In this document: positions 1-9,800 of the stretch, piece after piece
Layout of the letters: each line of letters starts with the position of its first letter
Position numbering within the stretch: position 1 is the stretch's first letter
Assembly: GCA_045561295.1 (NCBI GenBank)
Contig: JBJKYD010000013.1
Coordinates: 1-63,617 of the forward strand
Length of the DNA stretch: 63,617 nt
Direction: 5' to 3'
DNA from: Gammaproteobacteria bacterium
GTDB lineage: Bacteria; Pseudomonadota; Gammaproteobacteria; GCA-002705445; GCA-002716945
The notes under the pieces: generated by a model
Seen by the model: the letters and a program-made list of their open reading frames with translations, nothing else
Databases searched by the model: none
What the model was told of the DNA's origin: nothing
Translations under genes and position numbers: made by a program

Positions 1-32
1 ACGCACCGTAAAATCTGTTTAAATCTGTTAGT

Positions 33-61
33 AAAAAGGAGAGGTAAAACTCTCCTTTTTT
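33..61. terminator. Intrinsic terminator, probably bidirectional
   Basis: AAAAAGGAGAG (33-43) / loop GTAAAA / CTCTCCTTTTT (50-60): A-run before and T-run after the stem. Confidence 0.8.
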
Positions 62-117
62 ATATTTTATTTTGATTAGCAATTTAAAAATGCATAAGAT
101 AATATCCTTTAATAATT

Positions 118-1530
118 ATGACTGAAGACTCTAAAGATATAATTCAACAGGAGCTTAATAAGGCTATTAATTTTCTTGGACAGAATAAATTTTCAGATGC
201 AGAGTCAATTTGTAATGCCATTAATAAAGAGAAAGATAATTCAGATGCCTATCATATCCTTTCATCAATCAAACTTTATAAACAAGAGTTTCACGAATCA
301 ATTAATTTAGTAAAAAAATCTATAAAAATTAATAATAAAAATCCCGGTTACCATGTAACATTGGGTTGTGCATATAGCGCTTCAAAAGATTATGAAAACT
401 CTATTCTAGCATTTAAAGTTGCTATAACTTTAAATGATAAGGTTGCCCAAGTTCATTTTTACCTTGGCGAGTCATACAGAAAACTAAAGAATTATAGTGA
501 AGCTTTATCATCTTTTTATAAGACTATTGAATTATCCCCAGATCATGTAGGAGCTTATATGTTATTGGGATTGGTTTACCAAGAAAAAAAACAATTTGAC
601 TTATCTATTCAATCATTCAACAAATGCATTGAAATAATGCCAGATTATGCTGAAGCACATCTTAATATTGGTTTGTGTTATTTATTAATAGGAGATTATA
701 AAAACGGTTGGAGGGAATATGAGTGGCGAAAGAAATTACTTGATTCACCCGGAGATAAGCTAAAAAAAGAATGGACCGGCCAAAGTCTTGAAAATAAGTC
801 CCTACTCATATTACATGAAGGCGATGGAAATCTGATTCATTTCATAAGATATGCAAAGGAACTACATAAAGATAACTGCAAAATTATACTGCAATGCAGT
901 GATGCCGCAATAGAATTTATGTCAAAACAAAAATGGATAAATGAAGTAGTACCTGAAAATAATATTCCTGAACATGATTATCATGTCAATATTGGCTCTA
1001 TGACGAACGTCTTACAAGTTGATCCTAATAAAATTTTACAAGAATATCCATATCTTGAGTCAGAAAAAAAAGAAGAAGAATGCATTGAACCAGATAAGTT
1101 AAACATCGGAGTTGTCCTTGAGACGAACCGAGAGTCTAATGCTCATGATGAGGAGAGTGTTAACTCTGCCTTAATGCAAAATATCTTTAATGAAACTCAT
1201 AATGTTATTAGCCTAGATGAATATTTAACAAATGAAAAGCTTCCTAAGATTTATAATAAACATTTTAATTATACAAACTTGTCTCAACTTTCTAGCCTCA
1301 TATCAAACTTAGATGTAGTTGTTACTGTTGACCACCTTGTTGCCCACTTAGCAGGAGCATTAAATATAAAAACTTTGTTAATGCTACCTTGTGTTCCAAA
1401 TTGGAGGTGGGAAATTACACATCGACACACCTCCCCTTGGTATAAAAGTGTTACTATGTACAGACAGGAAACTCCTGGTGATTGGGAATCTGTGACCAAG
1501 AAAGTTAAACAACAAATCGAAGAGAATTAA
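118..1530 (+). CDS. TPR-repeat protein with C-terminal GT9/heptosyltransferase-like glycosyltransferase domain
   Basis: Multiple TPR helices in the N-terminal ~200 aa; GWREYEWR, W-x-G, LDVVVTVDHLVAHLAGAL and WRW...SPWY..V..YRQ motifs typical of TPR-glycosyltransferases. Confidence 0.75.
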   Translation: MTEDSKDIIQQELNKAINFLGQNKFSDAESICNAINKEKDNSDAYHILSSIKLYKQEFHESINLVKKSIKINNKNPGYHVTLGCAYSASKDYENSILAFKVAITLNDKVAQVHFYLGESYRKLKNYSEALSSFYKTIELSPDHVGAYMLLGLVYQEKKQFDLSIQSFNKCIEIMPDYAEAHLNIGLCYLLIGDYKNGWREYEWRKKLLDSPGDKLKKEWTGQSLENKSLLILHEGDGNLIHFIRYAKELHKDNCKIILQCSDAAIEFMSKQKWINEVVPENNIPEHDYHVNIGSMTNVLQVDPNKILQEYPYLESEKKEEECIEPDKLNIGVVLETNRESNAHDEESVNSALMQNIFNETHNVISLDEYLTNEKLPKIYNKHFNYTNLSQLSSLISNLDVVVTVDHLVAHLAGALNIKTLLMLPCVPNWRWEITHRHTSPWYKSVTMYRQETPGDWESVTKKVKQQIEEN

Positions 1531-1531
1531 A

Positions 1532-2302
1532 ATGTCTGAATTTTTAATTGATCAAGCTATGAGAGAAGCAATAGACCTTCAAAATAGAAAACAGCTTGAT
1601 GAAGCAAAATCAATATATAAAAAAGTATTAAGACATGATGCTGAAAATAGCGATGCTTACCACTTATTATCTTTAATCTACTTAGTAGAGGGTAAATTAG
1701 ATGATGCAAGGGACAGCATTGTTTCAGCAATAGAGCTACAACCAGAAATATCTGTTTACCATTGTAATTACGGTAACATTCTTTACCAATGTAATAATTT
1801 AGAATTCGCTATTCAGGAGCATAAAAGAGCGATTAAGCTTGATAAAAAAAACTTCCAATCATTTTACGGCCTCGGAATAATATATACTCATTTAAAAAAT
1901 TATGAAAAAGCTATAGAGAACTACAAAAAAGCTTTATCGCTTGATAATGAATCATCTGTTGCTCACAATAATCTTGCAAACATCTACAATAATATAAATC
2001 CAAATCTTGCAGAAGAGCATTATCTGAAAGTTTTAGAGTTAGAACCTAATCAACCATTGCCTTACATGAATATTTCTAATTATTACCTCAAAAATACTAA
2101 ATATAAAAAATGTGTATCAATCTTAGAACGGGCATTGAAAGAAGGTCATGAAGTCAAAGAGTTATATAATAATTTAGGGATAGCTTATTATGCAACTAAA
2201 GATAATGTATCGGCAAAAGAAATGTTTGAGCAAGCTATTAAAATTGATCCTGAATACTCTCACGCTATTGACAATCTTGAGAATATCAATAATTCAGCGT
2301 AA
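1532..2302 (+). CDS. Tetratricopeptide repeat protein
   Basis: Repeated TPR consensus (AYHLLSLI, YGLGIIY, AHNNLANIY, LYNNLGIAY, DPEY..A..NL). Confidence 0.85.
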   Translation: MSEFLIDQAMREAIDLQNRKQLDEAKSIYKKVLRHDAENSDAYHLLSLIYLVEGKLDDARDSIVSAIELQPEISVYHCNYGNILYQCNNLEFAIQEHKRAIKLDKKNFQSFYGLGIIYTHLKNYEKAIENYKKALSLDNESSVAHNNLANIYNNINPNLAEEHYLKVLELEPNQPLPYMNISNYYLKNTKYKKCVSILERALKEGHEVKELYNNLGIAYYATKDNVSAKEMFEQAIKIDPEYSHAIDNLENINNSA

Positions 2303-2354
2303 TAATGTTTACATTTGGTGCATTCCTTATTAGTATATTTGCTAGGGGGAATTT

Positions 2355-3260
2355 ATGTATAAATTTGTATTTGTTTTGATTGCGGTAATCGTGTCATCTG
2401 GCGTACAAGCTGGAGAAGCAAGTAATGCAGTGAAACAAGTCAAAAACTCAACTCTAAATCAAGCGTTCTCTTATGGAGACTCTGCTGTTGAATCATGGGC
2501 AAAAGAAAATCTCTCTAGCCTAAGACTTATAGAAATAGAGACTAGGACTAGAGAATCCTCAAAACCTACTTTTAGAGCGATTTCATTATTTGAAATTGCA
2601 GGAAATGATTTCAAGAAAATTCTGACACAACTATCATATTCTACATTCGATAGTGACGAGACTTTGAATGCTGGACTTATTTATAGAATGATGAATAACG
2701 ACATGACCGTAATCTATGGTGTAAACATATTTTATGATTATCAATTTAATACTGGACACAAAAGGTCGGGTGTTGGATTTGAAATGAAGTCGAGTGTATA
2801 CGATGTAAACATTAACTTATATGAAGCAGAATCAAACCTCCATCACGTAGACGGAGTTCCTGAAGTTGCAGCAGGTGGCTATGATGCTGAAGTTGGTATG
2901 CAAGTTCCATACCTGCCTTGGGCAAAACTATATTACAAAGCATATCAATGGAATAATGAAACATTAAATATAAAAGATGGTCAGAACATAAGTTTATATA
3001 TGGAACCAACATCACGACTGTCTTTAGAATTAGGTCTTCAAGATGATGATAGTATGACAAAAAATGGGTTTCTTAAATTAAATTATATCGTGTGCTGCAA
3101 TGAGAGAAAGATGGGACCTTCTATATTCACTGTATCAAACCAAGCATTTAATTATGCTAGAGTCAGTGGCGATAGAATGTATGAAAAGGTCAGAAGAGAA
3201 AATAATATAATTACAGTCAGAGGTGGCGGAGCATTCAGGGTAACAGCTAACGGATTTTAA
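2355..3260 (+). CDS. Inverse autotransporter beta-domain protein (no passenger)
   Basis: Signal peptide; TLNAGLIYR, YGVNIFYDY, HKRSGVGFE, GYDAEVG..VPYLPW and KVRRENNII motifs of the intimin/invasin-type barrel; SD AGGGGG upstream. Confidence 0.75.
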   Translation: MYKFVFVLIAVIVSSGVQAGEASNAVKQVKNSTLNQAFSYGDSAVESWAKENLSSLRLIEIETRTRESSKPTFRAISLFEIAGNDFKKILTQLSYSTFDSDETLNAGLIYRMMNNDMTVIYGVNIFYDYQFNTGHKRSGVGFEMKSSVYDVNINLYEAESNLHHVDGVPEVAAGGYDAEVGMQVPYLPWAKLYYKAYQWNNETLNIKDGQNISLYMEPTSRLSLELGLQDDDSMTKNGFLKLNYIVCCNERKMGPSIFTVSNQAFNYARVSGDRMYEKVRRENNIITVRGGGAFRVTANGF

Positions 3261-3262
3261 AA

Positions 3263-4105
3263 ATGAGAAAAATTTTACTTACATTAAGCGCACTTTTATT
3301 ATTTCCACTTGTTGGAAATACAGCTGCATGCACAGTGAGCTCAGGAGTAACTACAATTGTCGGTGGCGCATGTGAGAGTCAACCAGACTCTTATGGTATT
3401 GTAATGTATAAAATGTATTTGTGTACATCTACACCAACTCAACCAACAACCGCAGCAGCAGCAAATTTAACTGCAGGTGGATGTGTGCTTGTTCTTGATG
3501 GTGGGTCAGGGGTAAGAATAGATATTACTGGATCCGATAAAGTAGATTTCACTGGCTCAACATTCACTAAACCTCCTGCGGGTGTCTATACTCATGGTTA
3601 CATGCATATTGATAATATCTTTTACGTAAAACAACAACGAATTTTCAACGAAGCAAAAGAGGGCCAAAAAACTGGTACTGATAATGGAATTCACTGTTCA
3701 ACTTTATCTGGGACAGGTACTGATGCAGGTCAGAATTCTACATGTGGATCTTCTGCTATTACACCTGGGATTTGGGGTTCAACAATGACTGACTTCGATG
3801 GTGAAGCAGCGGGCATTCAAGCAACTGCTACGCGAAATAACCTGAATAATACAGGAAGTAATATAACAGGTGTTTTGATTGATACGAACGGACATGAGGC
3901 TACTAGTACAGGTGAAGTTGACTCTCTTGGTGGTTTTCAAACTTTTGGTACACCTATAAATGTCTCAACTAATCTTAAAGAACTTAATATCTCCTTTGGA
4001 ATCAGTGAGGGTTCAGTGATTTTTGAAGATGATAGTGATCCTAATGTGGTTGGTTTCAGTAGTGGTCCTTTCCAGGCAGTAATAACTCCAGTCAATCACG
4101 AATAA
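3263..4105 (+). CDS. Secreted hypothetical protein, Thr/Gly/Ser-rich with several Cys
   Basis: Signal peptide (MRKILLTLSALLLFPLVGNTAA); starts 2 bp after the barrel gene; beta-rich composition. Confidence 0.7.
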   Translation: MRKILLTLSALLLFPLVGNTAACTVSSGVTTIVGGACESQPDSYGIVMYKMYLCTSTPTQPTTAAAANLTAGGCVLVLDGGSGVRIDITGSDKVDFTGSTFTKPPAGVYTHGYMHIDNIFYVKQQRIFNEAKEGQKTGTDNGIHCSTLSGTGTDAGQNSTCGSSAITPGIWGSTMTDFDGEAAGIQATATRNNLNNTGSNITGVLIDTNGHEATSTGEVDSLGGFQTFGTPINVSTNLKELNISFGISEGSVIFEDDSDPNVVGFSSGPFQAVITPVNHE

Positions 4106-4501
4106 TTACTCGTGACAAGCGTAATCTTCTTGCAAGCAAAGTTTTCTATTTCTTAGATGAGATAAAATTAACATAACGCTTCCTGCAATCGTGATTATTA
4201 CTGTTATTAGTTCTTCCGAGTGTTCTTCTGCATGAAAGATGTCATGAAAAAGTAATGATGAAGCAAGTAATATTACTCCTAGCGTGCCCATAATCGCAAC
4301 TTTAACATCACCATGTTTGCGACACCCTAACACAAATGCGATAGCTGCACACGGAAGGATAAAATAAATTAATGCTTCATGAAACTCGTGACTTGCTAGA
4401 AATGAATAGGGAGCAATTATAAAAATTGCAGGTAAAAGTACGCAATGTATAGCACAAACTGAAGATACAGTTATTCCTAAATTATCAATTATTTTTTGCA
4501 T
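4106..4501 (-). CDS. MerC-domain membrane protein (putative metal transporter)
   Basis: DNLGI..S..CAIHC.LLP motif, E.FH, G.R.H, C-terminal H..N; four hydrophobic segments. Confidence 0.8.
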   Translation of the reverse strand: MQKIIDNLGITVSSVCAIHCVLLPAIFIIAPYSFLASHEFHEALIYFILPCAAIAFVLGCRKHGDVKVAIMGTLGVILLASSLLFHDIFHAEEHSEELITVIITIAGSVMLILSHLRNRKLCLQEDYACHE

Positions 4502-4555
4502 TGCTGTAAAACGTATTATGCATAGTTACAGTTAAAATGATAGCATAAATGATAT

Positions 4556-5890
4556 ATGTCAAATATCAAATACACATTATGTCTAAAAAACGGACAGGTT
4601 ATGATCAATGACTCACTCTGCTCAACTAATATTTATATTTTGGATGGCAGAATATCAGCTATATCAGATAAAAATTTAGATTCTGATAAAATAATCGATT
4701 GCACAAACTTAACAGTGCTGCCAGGTGTAATTGATTCTCAAGTTCACTTCAGAGAGCCTGGGCTTGAAGGAAAAGAGACACTAGAATCAGGTATGCTAGC
4801 TGCTGCATCAGGAGGGGTTACTTCCATATTTGAAATGCCCAATACAAACCCATTAACTATTACACCTGAGACCATTCAAGATAAATTAATTCGTGCTAGT
4901 AAAGGTGCTTGGACTGATTATGCATTTTACTTAGGAGGTACAATGAGAACTTCCTCTAATCTTAGTGACTGGGAAAATTTGGAAGGTGTTTGCGGTATAA
5001 AAATATTTATGGGTGCAAGTACAGGTGATTTAGTTACTGCAACAGATGAAGAGGTTGAATCTGTCGTATCAAATGGACGTCGAGTAATAGCTGTTCATGC
5101 TGAGGATCAGATGATTATGGATCAGAATCAAAATAGCATTCTTGGTGATAGTCATGATGTTGGAATGCACTGCAAATGGCGTTCACCAGAAAGTTGTTTA
5201 TCAGCAACCATGCGTGTAGTAAACCTTGCACGCAAACACAATAGAAGAGTCCATATTCTACATATTACTACAGAGGAAGAAATGGAATTTCTATCAAAGA
5301 ATAAGGATGTTGCAAGTGTTGAGCTATTGGCCAATCACCTGACATTACATGCACCTGACTGTTATGATAAACTTGGCACACTAGCACAACAAAATCCTCC
5401 TATTCGTGAAAAAAATCATCAGGACGCTTTATGGGCAGCATTAAATTCAGGTATTGTAGATATTGTTGCATCAGATCATGCTCCGCATACCCTTGATGAA
5501 AAATCTCAAACATATCCAAAATCTCCAAGCGGGACTCCAGGAGTACAAACATTAGTTCCTATTATGCTTAATCATGTTAACAATGGAAAACTTGGATTAG
5601 TTAAACTGGTTAGTTTATGGAGTTATGGACCTGAACGCATTCATAAGATTTCTAATAAAGGAAGAATTAAAGAAGGCTATGATGCAGATTTCACCATTGT
5701 AGATATGAACAAGGAAATGGTTATTCAAAATAGTCAACAAAGATCAAAAAGTAAATGGACACCATATGATGGACTAAAAGTCAAAGGTTGGGTAACTCAT
5801 ACTATACTGAGAGGAAATTGTGTCATGCAAGACGATGAGATACTTTCTGAACCTTTGGGGCAGATGATTAGATTCAAAGAAACTATTTAG
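4556..5890 (+). CDS. pyrC: Dihydroorotase (amidohydrolase family)
   Basis: LPGVIDSQVHFREPG, EMPNT, HAED, HILHIT, NPPIR, SDHAPH, GYDADF, WTPYDG. Confidence 0.85.
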   Translation: MSNIKYTLCLKNGQVMINDSLCSTNIYILDGRISAISDKNLDSDKIIDCTNLTVLPGVIDSQVHFREPGLEGKETLESGMLAAASGGVTSIFEMPNTNPLTITPETIQDKLIRASKGAWTDYAFYLGGTMRTSSNLSDWENLEGVCGIKIFMGASTGDLVTATDEEVESVVSNGRRVIAVHAEDQMIMDQNQNSILGDSHDVGMHCKWRSPESCLSATMRVVNLARKHNRRVHILHITTEEEMEFLSKNKDVASVELLANHLTLHAPDCYDKLGTLAQQNPPIREKNHQDALWAALNSGIVDIVASDHAPHTLDEKSQTYPKSPSGTPGVQTLVPIMLNHVNNGKLGLVKLVSLWSYGPERIHKISNKGRIKEGYDADFTIVDMNKEMVIQNSQQRSKSKWTPYDGLKVKGWVTHTILRGNCVMQDDEILSEPLGQMIRFKETI

Positions 5891-5900
5891 TTAGAATGTC

Positions 5901-6374
5901 ATGGATCAAAAATATCACTTGTTTTATGAACTTGCTTATAATCTAGCCCAAGTAGCATACGATCAAGATGAGGTTCCAGTCGGAGCTGTAATAATCAAAG
6001 ATTCAACCTTTGAAGTTATTTCATCTAGTTATAATCAAATGAAACAAAACCGCTCATCTATAGATCATGCTGAAATGCTAGCTTTAAAAATAGCGATGGC
6101 TAGATTAGATAATGAGCGATTAAACGGATGCAGTATGATTATCACACTAGAACCATGTCCAATGTGCGCTCAAGCAATAAGTTTTGCAAGATTATCTAAC
6201 ATTATTTTTAGTGCTGAGGATAAAAAAAGCGGAGGCGTGCTTAATGGGCCGGTAATATATAATTCATCAGCTTGTCATCATAAACCAAGTATAAGTAGGA
6301 TAAATGATGAAGGTAGATCAAATAAACTACTTAAAAAATTCTTTCAAAATAAGAGAAAAAACAAGGGAAATTAA
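5901..6374 (+). CDS. tadA: tRNA adenosine deaminase / nucleoside deaminase
   Basis: EVPVGAVI, HAE, TLEPCPMC zinc-binding motifs; C-terminal LLKKFF..KR. Confidence 0.85.
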   Translation: MDQKYHLFYELAYNLAQVAYDQDEVPVGAVIIKDSTFEVISSSYNQMKQNRSSIDHAEMLALKIAMARLDNERLNGCSMIITLEPCPMCAQAISFARLSNIIFSAEDKKSGGVLNGPVIYNSSACHHKPSISRINDEGRSNKLLKKFFQNKRKNKGN

Positions 6375-6385
6375 TATTGTCAAGC

Positions 6386-6414
6386 TTGTACATTACCTTT
6401 TTTAAAGGTATCGT
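6386..6414 (+). promoter_or_regulatory. Candidate sigma70 promoter of ppc with an internal inverted repeat
   Basis: TTGTAC-17 bp-TATCGT; TACCTTT/AAAGGTA inverted repeat at 6394-6410. Confidence 0.35.
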
Positions 6415-6465
6415 TAGCTCTGCTGTCAATAAGGGTACATTTATTGCAGTGTATATCTAGAAACT

Positions 6466-9267
6466 ATGAGCGAATTCCTAAAAACCTTTGATAAGTTAAA
6501 TGATGCACAACTAAGATCTGCTGTTAAGACTCTTGGTAAATTACTTGGCAACATCATAAAAACTCATGCTGGCCATGATGTCTACATCGCTGTTGAGAAG
6601 CTTAGAAAAGGGTTCATTAATCTTCGAAAAGATAATAACCAACATAAACATGATCAATTAATTAGATATATTGAGAAATTAGATCCCAAGACATTAAAAA
6701 ATGTAATTAGATCGTTCTCTAAATATTTTGCATTAGTTAATGTAGCTGAGGAAGCTTATCAACATATCAGTAGAACTGATCGATTAAAGAGTGGCTTTGA
6801 TTCATGGGAGGGATCTTTTGATCAAACATTAAGAGACTGCAATGCTTCAAATATAGATGATAGTAAGCTTCAAGAATTAATTGATTCTCTTCATTATGCT
6901 CCTGTATTTACTGCTCATCCAACAGAAGCAAAAAGAAGAAGTAAACTCGAAGCTATGAGAAGAATCTTTAATACTATTCTTGAACTTCAGAGATACAAAG
7001 GACAGTCAATTAAACGAGAAGAATTAATTGAGGAGCTTCAAGCAGAAATTTTAATTTTATGGAGAACAGACGAAGTAAGACTCAAAAAACCTACAGTGAT
7101 AGATGAAGTGGAGAACGGTCTTTATTATTTTAGAACTTCTTTATTCAAGTCTATACCTGAAGTCTATAAAGATATGGAGAAGGCTATTAAAAGGGTTTAC
7201 CACACAGATAATATCAAAGTTCCTAGTTTCATAAAATTTGGTTCATGGATTGGCGGTGATAGAGACGGCAACCCGTTTGTTACTCCTGACATAACCAGAG
7301 AGGCAGTTTATATGCATGCAGAAACTGCCATTCATGAGTATATGAGGAGAGCACAAAACTTATCAACTATACTTACTCACTCTCTAGAACTAACCCGACC
7401 ATCAAATCAATTTTTAGAATCATCTAAAAGAGATGAGATTTATTTAACTAATGCATTCAAAAATACTACCCAAGATTTTGCGAAAGAGCCGTATAGAAGA
7501 AAATTTAAAATTATTAGATACCGTCTTGATCAACGATTGAAAGTGATTAACCAATTAAAAAATAACAATCAGCCTCAAGCTGAACATGCATATGAGTCTG
7601 AGAAAGAGCTATTGGATGATTTATATGTAATAAGAGATTCACTTATTTCTGATAATGACTTGATACTTAGTGATTTTGGTCTAAATGATTTTATAAGATT
7701 AGTTGAAACATTTGGTTTCCACTTAGTTAATCTTGACATCCGAGAAGAGTCAACAAACCATACTAATGCGATTTCTGATGTACTGAATGTTTCATTACAA
7801 ATTGATTACGCATCTATGGATGAAAAATCTAGAATAAATGAACTTGAAAAGTTTATTAAATCAGATATCAACTTGGATCAAGTTTATGACAAAATAAACG
7901 AAGCATCTAAGAAAGTTATTGATGTATTTACTGTAATGACTCGATTAAGAAATGAAATAAGCGTCAATGCTTTCGGTAATTATGTTATTTCAATGACTCA
8001 TCATGCAAGTCATGTCTTCGAAGTCTTAGCTTTAGCTAAGCTATGCGGTCTTGTAAATAATGTAAATGGAAAGCTCGAATCATCCATTCAGGTTACGCCT
8101 CTATTTGAAACTATAGATGATTTAACTAGGATTGAAGAAATTCTCGAAGACTTATTTAGCAATAATACCTACAACAGTTTAATAGGACATTATAAAGATA
8201 CTAAGCTTCAAGAAGTAATGCTTGGGTATTCTGACTCATGTAAAGATGGTGGTATTTTATCTTCTTCATGGAGTCTATACAAAGCACAGCTTCAAGTGCT
8301 AGACATTTCTAAAAAGTATAAAATCGAATGTCGTCTCTTTCATGGAAGGGGTGGAACTGTTGGAAGAGGTGGAGGCCCAACTCATAATGCGATTCTGGCT
8401 CAGCCAAATGGGACAGTTAGGGGTATGATTAAAATTACAGAACAAGGTGAAGTACTATCATATAAATATGGACTTCCGCAATCTGCATCCTACGAATTAG
8501 AACTTGCATTGAGCGGATTGATGAAAGCGAGTAAACATCTTGTTGTAGATGAAGCAATACCTATAAACAATTTTGAAGACATGATGAGTAACATGTCATT
8601 AATGGGAGAGAAAAAATATAGAGATCTCACAGATGACAAGCCTGGGATAATGGATTATTTCTATGAAGCAACTCCAGTACAAGAGCTTGCTGAATTAAAT
8701 ATTGGTTCTAGACCCTCTCATAGGAAACAAACAAATCGATCTAAATATTCCATAAGAGCAATCCCATGGGTATTTGGATGGTCATTGTCACGCCATACAT
8801 TACCAGCATGGTACGGTCTTGGAACAGCCTTAAATAAAATTGTCTCTGAAAATCCGAGTAATATGGATAATCTAAAATCAATGTATACTGAATGGCCTTT
8901 TTTTAGTGTTCTCCTCGACAATATCCAAATGGCATTGTCAAAGTCCGATATAGGAATTGCTAAAGACTATGCGCAGCTTGTACAAAACAAAGAAGCAGCC
9001 AAAGATATCATTGCAGATATTGAGACTGAGTATAATTCAACGGTATCTACATTATTAGAAATTGTTGGTTCAGATGAATTGCTTGCAGAAAATACCAAGT
9101 TATCATTGTCATTAAAAAGAAGACAACCATACTTGGACCCGCTTAATTACATACAGGTAATGCTACTTCAAAAACACAGAAAAATATCAGGAGAGGATAC
9201 AGTTAATTTTGATCCTTTACTAAGAACAATACATGCAATTGCTATAGGCATGAAAAATACTGGTTAA
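6466..9267 (+). CDS. ppc: Phosphoenolpyruvate carboxylase
   Basis: VFTAHPTE, SWIGGDRDGNP, PLFET, QEVMLGYSDSCKDGG, FHGRGGTVGRGGGP, RAIPWVF, terminal GMKNTG. Confidence 0.97.
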   Translation: MSEFLKTFDKLNDAQLRSAVKTLGKLLGNIIKTHAGHDVYIAVEKLRKGFINLRKDNNQHKHDQLIRYIEKLDPKTLKNVIRSFSKYFALVNVAEEAYQHISRTDRLKSGFDSWEGSFDQTLRDCNASNIDDSKLQELIDSLHYAPVFTAHPTEAKRRSKLEAMRRIFNTILELQRYKGQSIKREELIEELQAEILILWRTDEVRLKKPTVIDEVENGLYYFRTSLFKSIPEVYKDMEKAIKRVYHTDNIKVPSFIKFGSWIGGDRDGNPFVTPDITREAVYMHAETAIHEYMRRAQNLSTILTHSLELTRPSNQFLESSKRDEIYLTNAFKNTTQDFAKEPYRRKFKIIRYRLDQRLKVINQLKNNNQPQAEHAYESEKELLDDLYVIRDSLISDNDLILSDFGLNDFIRLVETFGFHLVNLDIREESTNHTNAISDVLNVSLQIDYASMDEKSRINELEKFIKSDINLDQVYDKINEASKKVIDVFTVMTRLRNEISVNAFGNYVISMTHHASHVFEVLALAKLCGLVNNVNGKLESSIQVTPLFETIDDLTRIEEILEDLFSNNTYNSLIGHYKDTKLQEVMLGYSDSCKDGGILSSSWSLYKAQLQVLDISKKYKIECRLFHGRGGTVGRGGGPTHNAILAQPNGTVRGMIKITEQGEVLSYKYGLPQSASYELELALSGLMKASKHLVVDEAIPINNFEDMMSNMSLMGEKKYRDLTDDKPGIMDYFYEATPVQELAELNIGSRPSHRKQTNRSKYSIRAIPWVFGWSLSRHTLPAWYGLGTALNKIVSENPSNMDNLKSMYTEWPFFSVLLDNIQMALSKSDIGIAKDYAQLVQNKEAAKDIIADIETEYNSTVSTLLEIVGSDELLAENTKLSLSLKRRQPYLDPLNYIQVMLLQKHRKISGEDTVNFDPLLRTIHAIAIGMKNTG

Positions 9268-9269
9268 TA

Positions 9270-9467
9270 ATGTCAAAAGTCCTAATTATATTAGGAGCTA
9301 TTTTAATATTAATAGGCCTAATTTATCCATATCTTCACAGTTTAGGAATAGGACGTCTTCCTGGTGATATTGTAATTAAAAAAGATAATTTTAATCTCTA
9401 TTTTCCAGTTACAAGTGCCATAATAATAAGTATCTTATTAACTATAATTTTTAGATTATTTAAATGA
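9270..9467 (+). CDS. DUF2905-like small membrane protein
   Basis: GRLPGDI...NF..YFP.TS.I..S motif between two TM helices. Confidence 0.8.
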   Translation: MSKVLIILGAILILIGLIYPYLHSLGIGRLPGDIVIKKDNFNLYFPVTSAIIISILLTIIFRLFK

Positions 9468-9799
9468 GCGAAGAGACAAATCAACTAACAGATATGAATA
9501 GCGAATGCGGATCATCAGAGCCGTATGCATTACAAGTTACTGATAATAGTATGGAGCCAGAATTTCCTAAAGATTGTATTGTTATTGTTGATCCATCAGG
9601 GTCATGTGTAGATGGACAGTATATATTTGTCGAATATGATGGCGTTAGATGGTTTAGAAGGTTTAAAGAAATTGATGGAGATAAATACCTTCTTGCAGTC
9701 AATGATGAATACCCTGAAATAAAACTTGATAATTCATATGATGTTATTGGTATAATTGTTCAGAAAAACGTTAAAAGGGAAATTACACATTACAACTAA
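9464..9799 (+). CDS. S24 peptidase-fold protein (LexA/UmuD C-terminal domain only)
   Basis: ALQV.DNSMEP.F..D..VIVDP, L.A.N..YP.I, VIG.IV; no HTH domain. Confidence 0.75.
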   Translation: MSEETNQLTDMNSECGSSEPYALQVTDNSMEPEFPKDCIVIVDPSGSCVDGQYIFVEYDGVRWFRRFKEIDGDKYLLAVNDEYPEIKLDNSYDVIGIIVQKNVKREITHYN

Positions 9800-9800
9800 T

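Noticed and set aside
11-29. AAATCTGTT repeated twice before the terminator
   Set aside because: Only two short copies at the window edge; no context to assign meaning.
2306-2322. TGTTTACATTTGGTGCA, NtrC-like site upstream of the barrel gene
   Set aside because: Only one good half-site and no sigma54 promoter nearby; the left half is explained by a -35 TTTACA.
4505-4531. CTGTAA...TTACAG inverted repeat between the merC-like gene and pyrC
   Set aside because: Six-bp arms with a long spacer; does not match the Zur consensus; plausible by chance.
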